Below, piece by piece: positions 24,488 through 37,651 of a stretch of DNA of 62,000 nt. This DNA is from Octopus vulgaris (Eukaryota): the NCBI GenBank assembly GCA_951406725.2, contig OX597815.1, forward strand, positions 35,608,001-35,670,000, given 5' to 3'. Both the position numbers and the translations under genes were made by a program. The notes under the pieces are model-generated. The model had not been told where the DNA came from, did no database searches, and worked only from the letters and a program-made list of their open reading frames with translations. Position 1 is the stretch's first letter. Each line of letters starts with the position of its first letter.

Positions 24488-24872
24488 GTCCCGTAGATCC
24501 TATAAAGATTCTTTCCTGACAGAAAGATTTAAAAAAAAAACCGCCTTCGAATGTCGTATCATTTCCTTTTGATGGTAACTACTAGCGTCGAATTACACAA
24601 ATCATTAGAATCATGAGAGCGGAGCAAGAGCTCCTTGCAAACTATTCCTTGGTTGATAACCAGGGAAAGATACACATCCAGAGAAGTTGCGCAGCTTTAG
24701 AGCAAAAGATCATCAGACGAAAAACTTTGGCTTATCAGCAGAAGGTCCATGCATGGCTATGTTGTCAGAAAACTTCAACGTGAGATAGAGAGAGGTGGGG
24801 AGCCAAAGAGACAGAGATAACTAGAACACTCTATTTATCAAGCAACTGTTATATTAGCTCTTTGAACGGTAT

Positions 24873-25027
24873 AAGTAGCGTAGCTGGGGGAGGGGGTCAG
24901 CCCCGGGCGACGCTTTTATGGGCAACATTTTTGGATCTACTGTAAAAGCTTGAATAGGCTTGGGAGCTCGGAAGGTTTGCACATTCTAGGCTTGCCTTGG
25001 GAGGCACACACTCAAGCTACTCCACTG
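24873..25027. mobile_element. Decayed hAT-like MITE
   Basis: Termini aagtagcgtagct / agctactccactg resemble CAGTGGCGTAGCT TIRs. No TSD found. Confidence 0.4.
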
Positions 25028-25469
25028 AGTGCATTTACAGGATCTAGTTTTTTCCTTTGCAAAATATGCATTTTGTTTTTAAAAAGAAGTAAAAAATCTT
25101 AAAATCGCCTATATTAATGTAGCCTACCAGTCTCACTGCTTTGAAGGTATGATGATGTGGAGAATAAAGTTACAGAGGTTTAAAAATCGAAAAAAAAAAA
25201 CTGTATTTATAGCTAATAGCGAGACAGAATTTCTTTTTTTTCTTTTTTTTTTCTTTTTTTTTTTTTTGCGTTTAGCGGAGCGGTGTCGACTTCAAGGTTG
25301 TACCCTGTGAAATTTATAGTTTAGCGTCTGACCTGTACATTGTAGGTTTCTAAATAAACAGAAATACCTAATAAAATCAACATGTATCATCTTACTATTT
25401 CTTTTGTCTCTTCATTCATTGTATTTTTTATTATTTTTTAAAAATTTGCTATATTAATATATTTGTCTG

Positions 25470-25754
25470 AATACCCTAACCACTAAGCCACGCGCTTTCA
25501 CATGTTCCTGTTGAAGCCTGTCTAAAACTTTATTTGTCCATTTGTGTACCAATCATGTAAAGTTGGACTTCATGAAACCTGAAAAGTCACGACTAATTAT
25601 GAAATTAATTTACAATTCACTAATAGAAAAGTGAAAATATGTAAAGCATTCCAAAAAATTTAGACCTTTGTAGATACATATTCATGCGCAGAGACCTAAA
25701 AGCATATACGGTAAAACATACAGAACCACACATGCAATAACACCATGCGTGCAC

Positions 25755-25785
<31 letters not shown>

Positions 25786-26105
25786 TGTATGTATGTATGT
25801 ATGTATGTATGTATGTATGTATGTATGCATACATACATACATACATGCATACATACATACATGTGTATATGTATATACACACATACATGTGTATGTGTGA
25901 AAAAAATATATATAAATACACACATACATTTATATATGCATACATGGCTAGCTAGTTAATGTTTTCTAAATTCCATTGAAAACAGACTTTTTTCAGTTTG
26001 CAAACCGGCTCTTTTTCTATTGGTGAGAAATTTTAATGATAAAGCCAGGCGATCATACATACATACATACATACATACATACATACATACATACATACAT
26101 ACATA
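25470..26105 (+). mobile_element. R4/Dong-like LINE 3' end (copy 1), preceded by a SINE D head stub
   Basis: Translates LDFMKPEKSRLIMKLIYNSL..KVKICKAFQKI* (compare TVKICKTFQKFII* at ~30330). The UTR aaattccattgaaa..ccggctctttttctattgg ends in (CATA)n. Confidence 0.65.
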
Positions 26106-26944
26106 CCTTATGCGTATTTCAGTATTATGTATACATGTCATGTATTTGCGTACATCGTTAATGTATGTGTGCGTGTGTGTGTGTGTGTGAAAGGGGCATT
26201 TGTCTTCAAAACTCCAAAGTTGAGTAACGTTTTTCATACTTGGATTTGTAAACTACGGTAAGAGTAACACTGGTCAACAAAGAATTTGTCCCAAAGAAAA
26301 GAATACCTGTAACTCGTGTGTTTTTGCATGCAGAATTCAAAAATAATGTCAAATTATCTGTATCACCAACAGTTTCTCTGTTCCCCGATGTCCCTCTCAG
26401 TTCCTGTTACGTAGGCTAAATTTCAGTTAAGCTGTTGAAACGTGAAGCTAACGGTTTAAGAAATACTCTTAATTTAGATTTTTATGAATAGAATTAACCT
26501 AGTGAAATCATAAATCCAGCTGAGTCAATGAGTCCCGAAAGAAGAATCAAGTGTGAAAAATCAACACAGACAACAGTGAACCACAATACAGCGTGCGGTT
26601 GTCATGGTAACAAGCTGCTAATGTCACGCCGTCTGTTGATTGGCTAAAATTACCCAAATTTCCCAACTTTAATTCCAAATAACGTCAGATTTTAAAATTT
26701 ACGTGATATAGTAATTGGTTGATCGTAATCAACATTCAAAATTGCATCGATACGCCCAAACTGAAAGCAATCTGAGCAAAATTATTTTCCTAACACAGAA
26801 AATAACAAAATACATGATGCAGAAAAAGGATAGAGACGCAGATTAAAAAACACCTGAATACACTTTCGTGGGAATTGATACTTTATATGTCACACATATC
26901 ATAAGTAATTATCTAGAGAGGCCTCCTGATGCTATCTACGTATG

Positions 26945-27375
26945 AAGCATAATGAGGTGGCTAAACACGGCACGTTGCGAAAATGACAGTCCTGGAGAGG
27001 AAAGGAATTTCAGTGATGTAAAGAGCGATATCCATAAAAAGGAATACGCGTGGAATATTTCTGTTTCTGGCACTCAGTCGATTACGACGACGAGGGCTCA
27101 ACGGAACCGCCAGCTCGTGGAATTAACGTGCAAGTGACTGAGCACTCCATAGACACGTGTGCCCTTAACGTAGTTTTCGGGGAGATGCAGCATGACACAG
27201 AATGTGACAAGGCTGGCCCTTTCAAATACAGGTACTACTCATTTTTGCCAGCTGAGTGGACTGGGGCAACGTGAAATAAAGTATCTTGCTCAAGGACACA
27301 ATGCGGCGCCGGGCGGGAATCGAACTCACGACCTTACAACCGTGAGCCGAATACCCTAACCACTAAGACACACGC
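26945..27375 (-). mobile_element. SINE family D: distinct tRNA head, CORE-like segment and tail X
   Basis: Reverse complement: cttagtggttagggtattcggctc..gagttcgattccc, tgtgtccttgagcaagatacttt..cagtccactcagctg, then tacctgtatttgaaagggccagccttgtcac, shared with 13123-13472. Confidence 0.8.
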
Positions 27376-27902
27376 TTTCACATGTTCCTGTTGAACCTCT
27401 GCAAAATGAAGGCACAGCAAATTTGACAATGATCCGGAACGAAGAAAAAGTGCACATTAGTCGCATTCAATTGTCGGTTGTCTTGCAGATTTAAAGAAAA
27501 AAAGGAAAGCCTGTCTAAAACTTTATCTGTCCACCTGTGAATATATTGGCCTGCCTCAGTACCAATCATGTAAAGGTGGAATTCATGAAACCAGAAAAGT
27601 TACGACTAATTATGAAATTAATTTACAATTCACTAATAGAAAAGTGAAAATATGTAAAACATTCGAAAAATTTAGACCTTTGTAGATACATTATATTCAC
27701 GCGCAGAGACCTGAAAGCATATACGGTAAAATATACAGAACCACACATGCAATAACATCCATGCGTGCACACATATATGTGTGTATATATACATACATAC
27801 ATACATACATACATACATACATACATACGTGTGTATGTGTATATAAACACACATACATGTGTATGTGTGAAAAAATATATATGCATATATATATATATAT
27901 AT

Positions 27903-28218
27903 ATCACCGTGATCACCGTGATCACCGTGACCGACCAGGCTATCAGATGTAGTTACACATCGCTGGTCACAATGTGTTCGCATTGTTTTAGCCTTCGAAT
28001 GACGCCACCCCGCTGGCTATGCGAGCAGGCCAACAGAAGAAAGAGTGAGAGAAAGTTGTGGTGAAAGAGTACAGCAGGGATCACCACCCCCTGCCGGAGC
28101 CTCGTGGAGCTTTTAGGTGTTTTTGCTCAATAAACACTCACAACGCCCGGTCTAGGATATCGAAACCGCGATCCTACGACCGCGAGTCTGCTGCCCTAAC
28201 CACTAGGCCATTGTGCCT
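27903..28218 (-). mobile_element. SINE family C head and core with tail Z ending in (cacggtgat)n
   Basis: Reverse complement starts aggcacaatggcctagtggttagggcagcag, has the core ctctttcaccacaactttctctca, a third unrelated tail and three 9-bp terminal repeats. Confidence 0.87.
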
Positions 28219-28508
28219 TTGCAAACTGAAAAAAGTCTTTTTTCAATGGAATTTAGAAAACATTAACTAGCTAGCCATGTGTGCATGTATAAATGTGTGC
28301 TTGTATTCATATGTATATGCATACATATTGATATATATATATATATTTATATATATGTATTATATATACATATATATAAATATATATATTTATCAATATG
28401 TATGCATATACATATAAATACAAGCACACATTTATACATGCACACATGGCTAGCTTGTTAATGTTTTCTAAATTCCATTGAAAAAAGACTATTTTTTTCA
28501 GTTTGCAA
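28219..28508. repeat. Local inverted duplication (~115-bp arms) abutting the 5' end of a SINE
   Basis: 28219-28333 is the reverse complement of 28391-28508, with a TA-rich spacer. The paralogous segment (25925-26000) has only one arm. Confidence 0.88.
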
Positions 28509-28850
28509 ACCGGCTCTTTTTCTATTGGTGAGAAATTTTAATGATAAAGCCAGGCGATCGTACATACATACATACATACATACATACATACATACATACA
28601 TGCATGCATGCATGCATACATACATACATACATACATACATACATACATACATACATACATACATACATACATACATACACTAATTACACGAGTGCGAAC
28701 AACATCCACACATCCACCCACATATACGCACACCATATATTCACACATACCCACGAATCCTAAGAACTGTCTTGATTCAAACAAACAAGCCTTATCAGTT
28801 TCTTAGTAATCGGCTTCATTTCTCCAAAATAGAACTTAACTATTACTTAA

Positions 28851-28913
<63 letters not shown>

Positions 28914-28916
<3 letters not shown>

Positions 28917-30550
28917 TACAGTCGAATAAAGAAAATTTGGACCTCGGAACTCTACATTCAATAAAGCAGAGGCCCACAATGTGTTTACAGTGCCAGTGCT
29001 CATGCCGACATTCGGGCCGCTTAATGAGATCCGAGCCATTGATGTGAAAACCCGAAAAAATACTAACCAGCACACATAATTTCCACTTCGACAGTGACTC
29101 AGTCCGCCTCTAACGAAAACGAGGCGGCAAAAGATTCACATCGATCCAGACTGCCTTTGAATGTTGTTTCATATCCCATCGGCAACTCTTGTCGAAGTGC
29201 ATCACTTGACAAAGTTTGTATTCATGACGCTGATAACATCATAAGACACGGAAAGCAGCTCATTGAGCAGCACTCCTTGTCTGATAACCTTCAATACTTG
29301 CCCAAAGAAGTCACACGACTCTACTGCTATGTATCATCAGATGAAAATATGAAAGTATGTCAGCAGGATATGTTAATATATTTATTTCTTTACTACCCTC
29401 AGTGGGCTTAACACAGAGGTGACAAACAAGGACAAACGGACCAAGTCGATTAGATCGACCCCAGTGCGTAACTGGTACTTATTTAATCGACCCCGAAAGG
29501 ATGAAAGGTAAAGTCGACCTCGGCGGAATTTTAACTCAGGACGTAACGGTAGACAAGATACCGCGAAGCATTTCGCCCGGTGTGCTAACGATTCTGCCAA
29601 GCTCTGAGATGATAGTAACATTGATCGTCAAAGCAGTCTATCATGGACCGACTAAATTACTACCTCACACTTTGAAGAGTATGCGTTTGCAATCTAGGAA
29701 CAGGGAATATCAACCAAATACCTGATGCACAAAAGGAGCAGAGATACAGGAAAAGCTGCAAAATGTGACAACCGATGCAGACTTTGTGGAGTTAACACCG
29801 AACATATCACCCACATCATAAGCATTTGTCGGAAAATGTAATCACGGTATTATCTACCGATGAGACATGATGTTGTAGCTCGGACACTGTATAATGAAAT
29901 CCGTCGGAAGGATAACCGCGAGGACAAAGAAATAAGAACCCACAGTATGGAGGAAGCCAACGCTACTCATCATAAAAAGGAGACTCGTAGAATGTCCCAG
30001 AGAAAACCTCAATAAAACCTAAACAAATAGACCTGACACAATGATTTGGGATAGAGAAGAGAAACTGTACAGTTCTGGAAATCAGCAGCCCAGCGGATGC
30101 TAACATAAAGCTAAAGATCAGCGAAAAACAAAATACCTACGTTGAAATATTGAGAAATTTGACGCTACTCTATCCAGATTACAAGTTGAGGCTTGTACCT
30201 GTAATTATTGGGACATTGGGATATGTGACACACTACCTAAATGCCAATTTGAGAAATTAGGCTTCTCAAAACTAGAAAAGAAAAAGCTGACTCGAAGACT
30301 GCAGATCCAATCCATCACTGGAACTGTAAAAATCTGTAAAACTTTCCAGAAGTTTATCATTTAAATATACATGAGCATGTCTAGATATGCAACTATAAGC
30401 ACAAGAAAACACACAAATCTGCGCATATACATACATATAAAAATATCCTGTTGATGTTTGTTGAAATTCCAATGAAAGAACCTTGGATCTAGGTTAGAAG
30501 CCGGTTCTTTCTCTATTGGCAAAAAAAAATTTGAAATAAAACTGAATAAT
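28914..30550 (+). pseudogene. R4/Dong-clade non-LTR retrotransposon, 5'-truncated (RT C-terminus, CCHC knuckle, restriction-like endonuclease, 3' UTR)
   Basis: Manual translation: YYSRIKKIWTSEL..NKAEAHNVF.VPVL..IDVKTRKIL..RKRGGK; CRLCGVNTEHITHIISIC (CX2CX8HX4C, ~29775-29828); RHDVVAR; RPDTMIWDREEK; PVIIGTLG; TVKICKTFQKFII*. Confidence 0.85.
29383..29605 (-). mobile_element. SINE family A inserted in the Dong element
   Basis: Young tail tttctttactaccc..acacagagg..acaaacaaggac through the head gctaacgattctgccaagctc. Confidence 0.88.
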
Positions 30551-31549
30551 GACATTCATACATACACATATGAATACATATACACATACACACATGCATA
30601 CATACATACATATGTTAGCAACCGGGTTGAACATACATACACACACATATGCATACACCTACATACGTATATACGTACGTACGTACGTATGTATGTATGT
30701 ATGTATGTATGTATGTATGTATCTACGTATATACGTACGTACGTACGTACGTATGTATTGTCTGTCTGTCTGTCTGTATGTATGTATGTATGTATGTTAG
30801 CAACTGGTTTGAACCCTCTCAAGAACTTCAATTAAACTGAAAAATCATACTACGCATATACATGCAAACATGCATGCCTACACGATGGCTGTCTACCATC
30901 CGTGTCAATCTCGTTTACAACTCATGAACCGTAAAGTATTGCTTCAAGTCCGCTAGCGAGTGTTAGTCTTTATTGCATACCGCGCATACCGATCAGTAGC
31001 ATTTATATGAAAAACTGCTTGGTTACCCACAATTCAATCGAATCATACCCGTTCTTCGAGTAGACAACTGAAGCTTGATCAAAATTATTTTACAGGCTCC
31101 TTACGCGTGGGTTGGGTTTTACCTGCTTACTTCTAATTGGTAAACTTATACACGTCACCAAATATCTAACCGTCAATAGACTTTCAAATATTTATATCAA
31201 TGGAAATCGCCTGACAATGTAACGTTAACAAAAGATAACTGTATGGGAACTTTTTATAATGAACTGAGATTGCACTTCACATAATTTACTTTTTTAATTT
31301 TCGGCGGAATAAAAGATTAGGTTTTATATCACACAGTAATTCAACTTTTAATCCTCTCCAAACAAAGAGACCCAGCAGGCGTTTGAATTCAGAATTCTCC
31401 CGCTTTCAAATACTTCCCACAACCACCACTACTACCACCACCACCAAAAGCAAAGAGCTCTATTTACTCCTCTGATAGATACATTTATTCTTGGAGTGCA
31501 AACATAAACAATTGTTGTTGTTTTTTTATCGAACGAGCCTAAATACATA

Positions 31550-31778
31550 TTTCGTTATTACCCACAAGGGGCTAAACATAGAGGGGACAAACAAGGACAG
31601 ACATAGGTATTAAGTCGATTACATCGACCCCAGTGCGTAACTGGTACTTAATTTATCGACCCCGAAAGGATGAAAGGCAAAGTCGACCTCGGCGGAATTT
31701 GAACTCACAACGTAACGTCAAACGAAGTACCGCAAAGCATTTCGCCCGGCGTGCTAACGCTTCTGCCAGCTCGCCGCC
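31550..31778 (-). mobile_element. SINE family A, full length
   Basis: Complete head ggcggcgagctggcagaagcgttagc to tail gtgggtaataacgaaat. Confidence 0.92.
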
Positions 31779-31904
31779 TAAATACAGTTGAAGGAAAGGT
31801 TGGGTATGTAATACAGATTCAACCAGAGCTAGCTGAAGGCATTGGCAACTTAGGCAGTCTCCTAGGGCCATGCGTGCTAGGGGACTCTAAATCATATTCT
31901 TTTC

Positions 31905-32270
31905 TTTTCTTTATTTCTTTTATTTGTTTCAGTCATTTTACTGTGGCCATGCTGGAGCACCGCCTTTAGTCGAGCAAATCGACCCCAGGACTTATTCTTC
32001 GTAAGTCTAGTACTTATTCTATCACTCTCTCTTGCCGAACCGCTAAGTGACGGGGACGTAAACACACCAGCGTCGTTTGTCAAGCGAAGTCGGGGGGACA
32101 AACACAGACACACAAACTTATACACACACACACACACACACATACGACGGGCTTCTTTCAGTTTTCGTCTACCAAATCCGCTCACAAGGCTTTGGTCAGC
32201 CCGAGGTTATAGTAGAAGACACTTGCCCAAGGTGCCACGCAGTGGGACTGAACCCAGAACCATGTGGTTG
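31905..32270 (-). mobile_element. SINE family B with internal (CA)n
   Basis: Collinear with 41708-42118. Confidence 0.9.
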
Positions 32271-32669
32271 GAAGAGAAAAGAGTTACATGTGTTGTAATT
32301 GACATGTATCCGAGGATAGTGGAAATAATGGTTTCTAACATTGATACAAAATCTTATTTTTGAGGTGGTGGGAAGGAAACGTAGTTATTAAATTGATCCC
32401 AGTATTTGGTTCATACTAATTTTGTCTTTCCAGGAAGAATGCAATGCAAAGTTGATCAAAGCGAGGAAAAGACAAAGTATGGTTTTCCACAATAGACATC
32501 CGCCACACAGGTGGTGGCACACAAACCACCATACAATGACCCCCAAGAACTATGCCAATTGGGCGCAAACTCCTTGTAGAGCTTCCTATGCTGGATAGGT
32601 TAAAGGATGGGGGCCAAACTAATATTGGTTTCAAATTTTTAGTACAATGCCAGAAAGTTCGGGAGAAGG

Positions 32670-32842
32670 GTTAAGTCGATTACATCGATCTCAGTGCTCA
32701 ACTGGTGCTTATTTTATAGACCCCGAAAGTATTAGAGGCAAAGATGGCCTCAGCAAAACAAAGAAACCAGAACGTAAAGACGGATGAAATGCCGCTAAGC
32801 ATTTTGCCCGGCGTGCTAACGATTCTACCAGCTCACTGTCTT
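32670..32842 (-). mobile_element. SINE family A, older copy
   Basis: taagtcgattacatcga..atagaccccgaaag..ccgctaagcattttgcccggcgtgctaacgattctaccagctc. Confidence 0.8.
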
Positions 32843-33778
32843 ACGCCAAACTTATATTGACCACCAAATGGATTTGCTTAAGGCCAACAACACTAACTAG
32901 AAAAAAAAAAAGCAAAGTTACAGAAGTATCGATGTTAGCTCAAAACCAAACTACAGAAAAACCGTCGATGGCCTATGCTTCATAGGAAGCGAATGACTTA
33001 AGTTAAATATGTAACGATAAATATGAATACGATCACAAATTTTGGGGAAGCGAACGGTCGATTAAATCAACCTCAGTAACTGATACAAACTTAAGGCTGG
33101 CGGGATTTAAATTCAAAAAATGTAAAAGGACGTAGCTAAATACCGCCCGATATTCTATCCGATGCTCTAGTATAAAGAGATTTGAACGCATCAGTACAAA
33201 TTAAGAACATTTACGTTTATATCTGCACTTACTTGTTTAGTAACCTCGCCTCCCGTTCAGCTCTACTCATCACACCTAATAAACTGAAAAGCGTTTCAAG
33301 CGTGACTATCCCATCTTTCACTCAAACGTAGTGTATCTAGAATTACATTACGTAATGTGTTCTTCCTACTTAAAGACGGTGGTTGTATGATTAGACGGTA
33401 ATTGGACTGCCAGTGGAGCAGATACGTAAAGACTCCCGCGAGCATCATGTTTGCCAGAAAATTACTACGATAGAGGAAATCTGAACTGACATAAATCTTA
33501 AATAAACATACACTGTATAGAGGTGCCTGTGTGTACTGCGTGTTGAGGCATGTCCACGGTTCTTTATAACGAATATATATTATACTGTTCCCAATAAAGG
33601 TAGATATAAATATATATGTTCAATGGACAGCTAGGTCGGTAAATTAAGAATCATTTCAAACGGTTTATATGTATTAACACGTCATTCGGTTATTCGAGCT
33701 CTGTGAGTCAGTAATATTTTATCACCAACACACACGTACTTACACACGCGCACACGGAAGTATACGTTACAGTGGGTG

Positions 33779-33856
<78 letters not shown>

Positions 33857-34127
33857 GTGTGTGTGTGTGAAAACCTAATTAAAAATTATCTAATTAAAAC
33901 TTAAAACTTAGAGAACAAATTCACCTAAACCGGAAAGAAATATGTTAATTTAGGTTAGAAAACACTTTACGAAGATATATGAGTAAGTTTTAATTTTTAT
34001 AACACTGTGGCTGTATAGAACTTAATCAGAATTTCCGCTAGGTATGTTCTGTTAGTATTGACAAACCACTCATACAGGAAGCCGACTAGATAATGATAAT
34101 CTACGTCAATCTCTAACTGTACACACA

Positions 34128-34200
<73 letters not shown>

Positions 34201-34218
34201 CGCACGTGTGTGTAGGTA

Positions 34219-34310
34219 ATTATTCAGTTTTATTTCAAGGTTTCTTGCCAATAAAGAGCCGCCCTCTAACCTAAATCCAAGGCTCTTTCGTTGGAATTTC
34301 AACAACAACG
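34219..34310 (-). mobile_element. Short 3'-UTR end of the Dong-like LINE
   Basis: Reverse complement gttgaaattccaacgaaagagccttggatttaggttagag..ttggcaagaaaccttgaaataaaactgaataat matches 30455-30549 and runs into a (CA)n tract. Confidence 0.75.
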
Positions 34311-34529
34311 AGGTACTTTAGTGTCTGTATATGCAGTATTTTGAATCGTATGTATGTATATATGCATACATGCATACAAACACTCGCATACTAATACAGT
34401 GAACCCACGTTAAACCGTACTAATAGGGTGGATGATAATATTTTTTAGCTGATTCTCTGATTAAACCAAAACTATTGGGATAATAATTTAATTGGGTGTC
34501 TTTCAGTCAGGAAGAAAATTTAGTACCCA

Positions 34530-34928
34530 CTAGCAGTATCGCCCGGCGTTGCTCGGGTTTGTAAGAGAAATAACTATATAAGCATTTTTAGAGAGTTATA
34601 GCCAAAAAATAGCAAAAAAATGCATTAAAAATGGAAAAAAATTAAGGTAAATTTTTGTTATAAATCGTTGACACATCGTAGATATTTTTAGAGAGTTACT
34701 TCCCTTATATAATAGCGAAAAAAAATGCATTAAAATGGAAAAATATGATGGTAAATTTTTTTTAAATCGTAGACTCATCGTAGACGCGCGCTAATACCCA
34801 GAAGGGCTCGATATGACTCACGACTTTAAGATACCCGCTTTTGGTTAAACTGCACCGCAAAATGTGGGAGTAGTTACGAATCTAAATCGTAGGAGACAGA
34901 CACACAACTTCACTTTTATATATAAAGA
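34530..34928 (-). mobile_element. Non-autonomous Helitron, 399 bp
   Basis: On the minus strand it starts TCtttatatataaaag and ends cccgagcaacgccgggcgatactgCTAG (hairpin plus CTAG), inserted between A and T. Confidence 0.88.
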
Positions 34929-35040
34929 TATAAGCCACGTAGTTATATACACATACTTTGTTATATACACATTCTTAAAAGAAAATGTTATTTTGAACAC
35001 AACATTTATAAAGAATAAAATATTTTTTGGTTTTTCTTAA

Positions 35041-35790
35041 CCCTTTCGTTACTATATTTCTGACCAAAATACACCCCTTATGTGTTTCAATTAATTTCTA
35101 ACGTAATCATAAATTCAGTCTGGTTTCATTAAACATTTATAACTTTTTTATTTATCAATGTATTAACGTGAATTTTGGAAGATAATTTAATGAAATGTTC
35201 TCAACCAATTCTATACTATAATTTTTGTCACAAAGTGACTCTAATTGCAGGTAGATACAGGTAAATTCAACAAAATATAAAATTATTAAAATTTTGTTCA
35301 AACATCGCTATAGAAAATGGGTTATTAGCTAATATTCAATTGGGTATACAACAAAATTTTACGATAGAATTTGTTATTCTGGGTAACTTTCTGATACCCA
35401 TAATAATATTTATGGCAAAATAGGCCTTAATTTCATTTAATGTTGTGGGAAATAACAAACTATCCTTTCTTTCGCTTTGTTTACGTTTAGCGTAACGGTT
35501 CGTTTCCGCCATAATGATTTCAAATGGGCTCATTCGAAAAAGTAAAAAGAAATAGTCGAAGGCTTTACTCTTCTGGGAAAGTCTGTGGCTTGGTCCAGTT
35601 TCTTCAGAAAAATCACCGAAAGAAACAGTTTTTAAATTTTCACTCCATTCAGGTGCCAATTCATTTTCTTTATCGCTGTCGGAGCTCTCGGATTCACTGT
35701 TTTCACTTTAATCGTTGCACACTTGCAAAGAGACAGGAGGAGATATTAGGGTGATAGCATCAGTGAAGCAGATCGCTCCCTTTTTGTGTG
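35041..35790 (-). mobile_element. piggyBac deletion derivative (PGBD-like transposase fragment)
   Basis: ORF 35336-35659 has FEIIMAETNRYA...TTLNEIKAYFAINIIMGIRKLP. One end reads TTAA|ccctttcgttac at 35037-35052; the other end was not found. Confidence 0.75.
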
Positions 35791-35899
35791 TGTGTGTGTG
35801 CGTGTGCTATAGCCCACACTAAGAAAAGCACTTGACTAACACACCAGAATGTGAGTTTTCTCTAAATTTTGCTTAATTGGGGTTGAAATTTTAAAAACT

Positions 35900-36029
35900 G
35901 GACCTGGCACGACCCGATTTATTCTACTCTTAAAAATGCTAGGTAAATTGTAATTGAAGAAATCCTATATTGTAGATTTCTATAAGAGACAAAGGGAGGC
36001 AGATAAAATCTGCCTTTTATAATAACAGA
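35900..36029 (-). mobile_element. Possible Helitron 5' stub
   Basis: Minus strand a|TCtgttattataaaaggcag resembles the 5' end of the 34530-34928 element. Confidence 0.4.
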
Positions 36030-36130
36030 TGACTCTACATGGCCGGCGAGACCCCGACTTTCCGCCGCCGCCCAGCCCGCCCCAACCAGGCCTTTCGCGA
36101 TACCCTTAAAGTCGTGAACGTTCAGCACCT

Positions 36131-36209
<79 letters not shown>

Positions 36210-36604
36210 TGTGTGTATTCTTTTACTTTTATTTTTTTACTTGTTTCAGTCATTTGACTGCGGCCATGCTGTAGCACAACCAACTGGGCCTCTGCAACTA
36301 CTAATAGTAAGGAGGAGGCAGAGAGGCAGAGAGGAAAATATTCTCAAGCTGAGAAGGTGACCTGAATAATTGCAATCGTGGATTGTGTAAAGACATACAA
36401 GATTCCAGGAGTGGTTTTTAACTGGGAGACAAATTACGTATAACCACCCATGTGTCAATATCATCACCTGCAGGTTTTACAAGGTTCAGATGATTAGGAC
36501 GAAGTTGAAGAATGAATCGGACCTTTGCGATGTTTCTGCTCGTTGGTGCCAATCCTGGGTAATGTGGTACTTTTAAGGTTCTGAGATACTCTTTACTCAT
36601 TTAC

Positions 36605-36824
36605 TCTTTTACCTGTTTCAGTCATTTGACTGTGGCCATGCTGGAGCACCGCCTTTAGTCGAGCAAATCGACCCCAGGACTTATTCTTTGTAAACCTAGT
36701 ACTTATTCTATCGGTATCTTTTTGCCGAACCGCTAAGTTACAGGTACGTAAACACACCAGCGTCGGTTGTCAAGCGATGTTGGGGAGGGGGACAAACACA
36801 GACACACAAACATATACACACACA

Positions 36825-36866
<42 letters not shown>

Positions 36867-37025
36867 TACGAAGGGCTTCTTTCAGTTTCCATCTACCAAA
36901 TCCACTCACAAGGCTTTGGTCGGCCCGAGGCTATAGTAGAAGACACTTGCCCAAGGTGCCACGCAGTGGGACTGAACCCAGAACCATCTGGTTTGGTAAG
37001 CAAGCTACTTACCACACAGCCACTC
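36605..37025 (-). mobile_element. SINE family B, full length, internal (TA)n
   Basis: Collinear with 41708-42118. Confidence 0.9.
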
Positions 37026-37136
37026 TTGGAACATCTGAAGTTTCCACTAAGATATTGTTAACCAAGGGATTCTCGTTTGACAGAAAGGGTGGTGAGATTG
37101 ACGACATCGATATCCAGCGTGAATACTTATTGGTTA

Positions 37137-37362
37137 ATACCTATTTCTTTATTACCCACAAGGGGCTAAACACAGAGGGGACAAACAAGGACAGACATAG
37201 GTATTGAGTCGATAAAATCGACCCCAGTGCGTAACTGGTACTTAATTTATTGAACCCGAAAGGATGAAAGGCAAAGTCGACCTCGGCAGAATTTGAACTC
37301 ACAACGTAACGACAGACGAAATACGGCTACGCTAAGCATTTCGCCCGACGTGCTAACGTTTC
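37137..37362 (-). mobile_element. SINE family A, young tail
   Basis: aatacctatttctttattacccacaagggg...tgctaacgtttc. Confidence 0.9.
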
Positions 37363-37651
37363 TCGGCAAAAAATAAATACATGGTGAAGGATTCGTGGTC
37401 TTGTTCGAATACATGCCATAGAATGAACTCCATTGTATACATCTAAAAACCGATTAGCGGTGGTAAACCAGGTGGCATATTGGGATATTCATTGACATAA
37501 CACTGGGTTGCCTCTCGCACATACACTTCACCATCTGATGATAGATGTTTTATCATATATATATTTTGGGAACAATGGCATCATCGATTATATATTTTCT
37601 CTGGTTCACTTACATTTCGGAGAATAAGAGTGAGATGGGAATGTATGTTTC

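Larger units (their letters stand above)
27380..28680 (+). mobile_element. R4/Dong-like LINE 3' end (copy 2), a diverged duplicate of 25470-26105 with a SINE insertion and an inverted duplication
   Basis: Collinear with copy 1 (gcctgtctaaaactttat...gaaccacacatgcaataac...aaagccaggcgatc). It retains ~130 bp that are deleted in copy 1. Confidence 0.75.

Noticed and set aside
29094-29411. 105-aa ORF as a unique gene
   Set aside because: It is an out-of-frame reading of the decayed Dong element running into a SINE.
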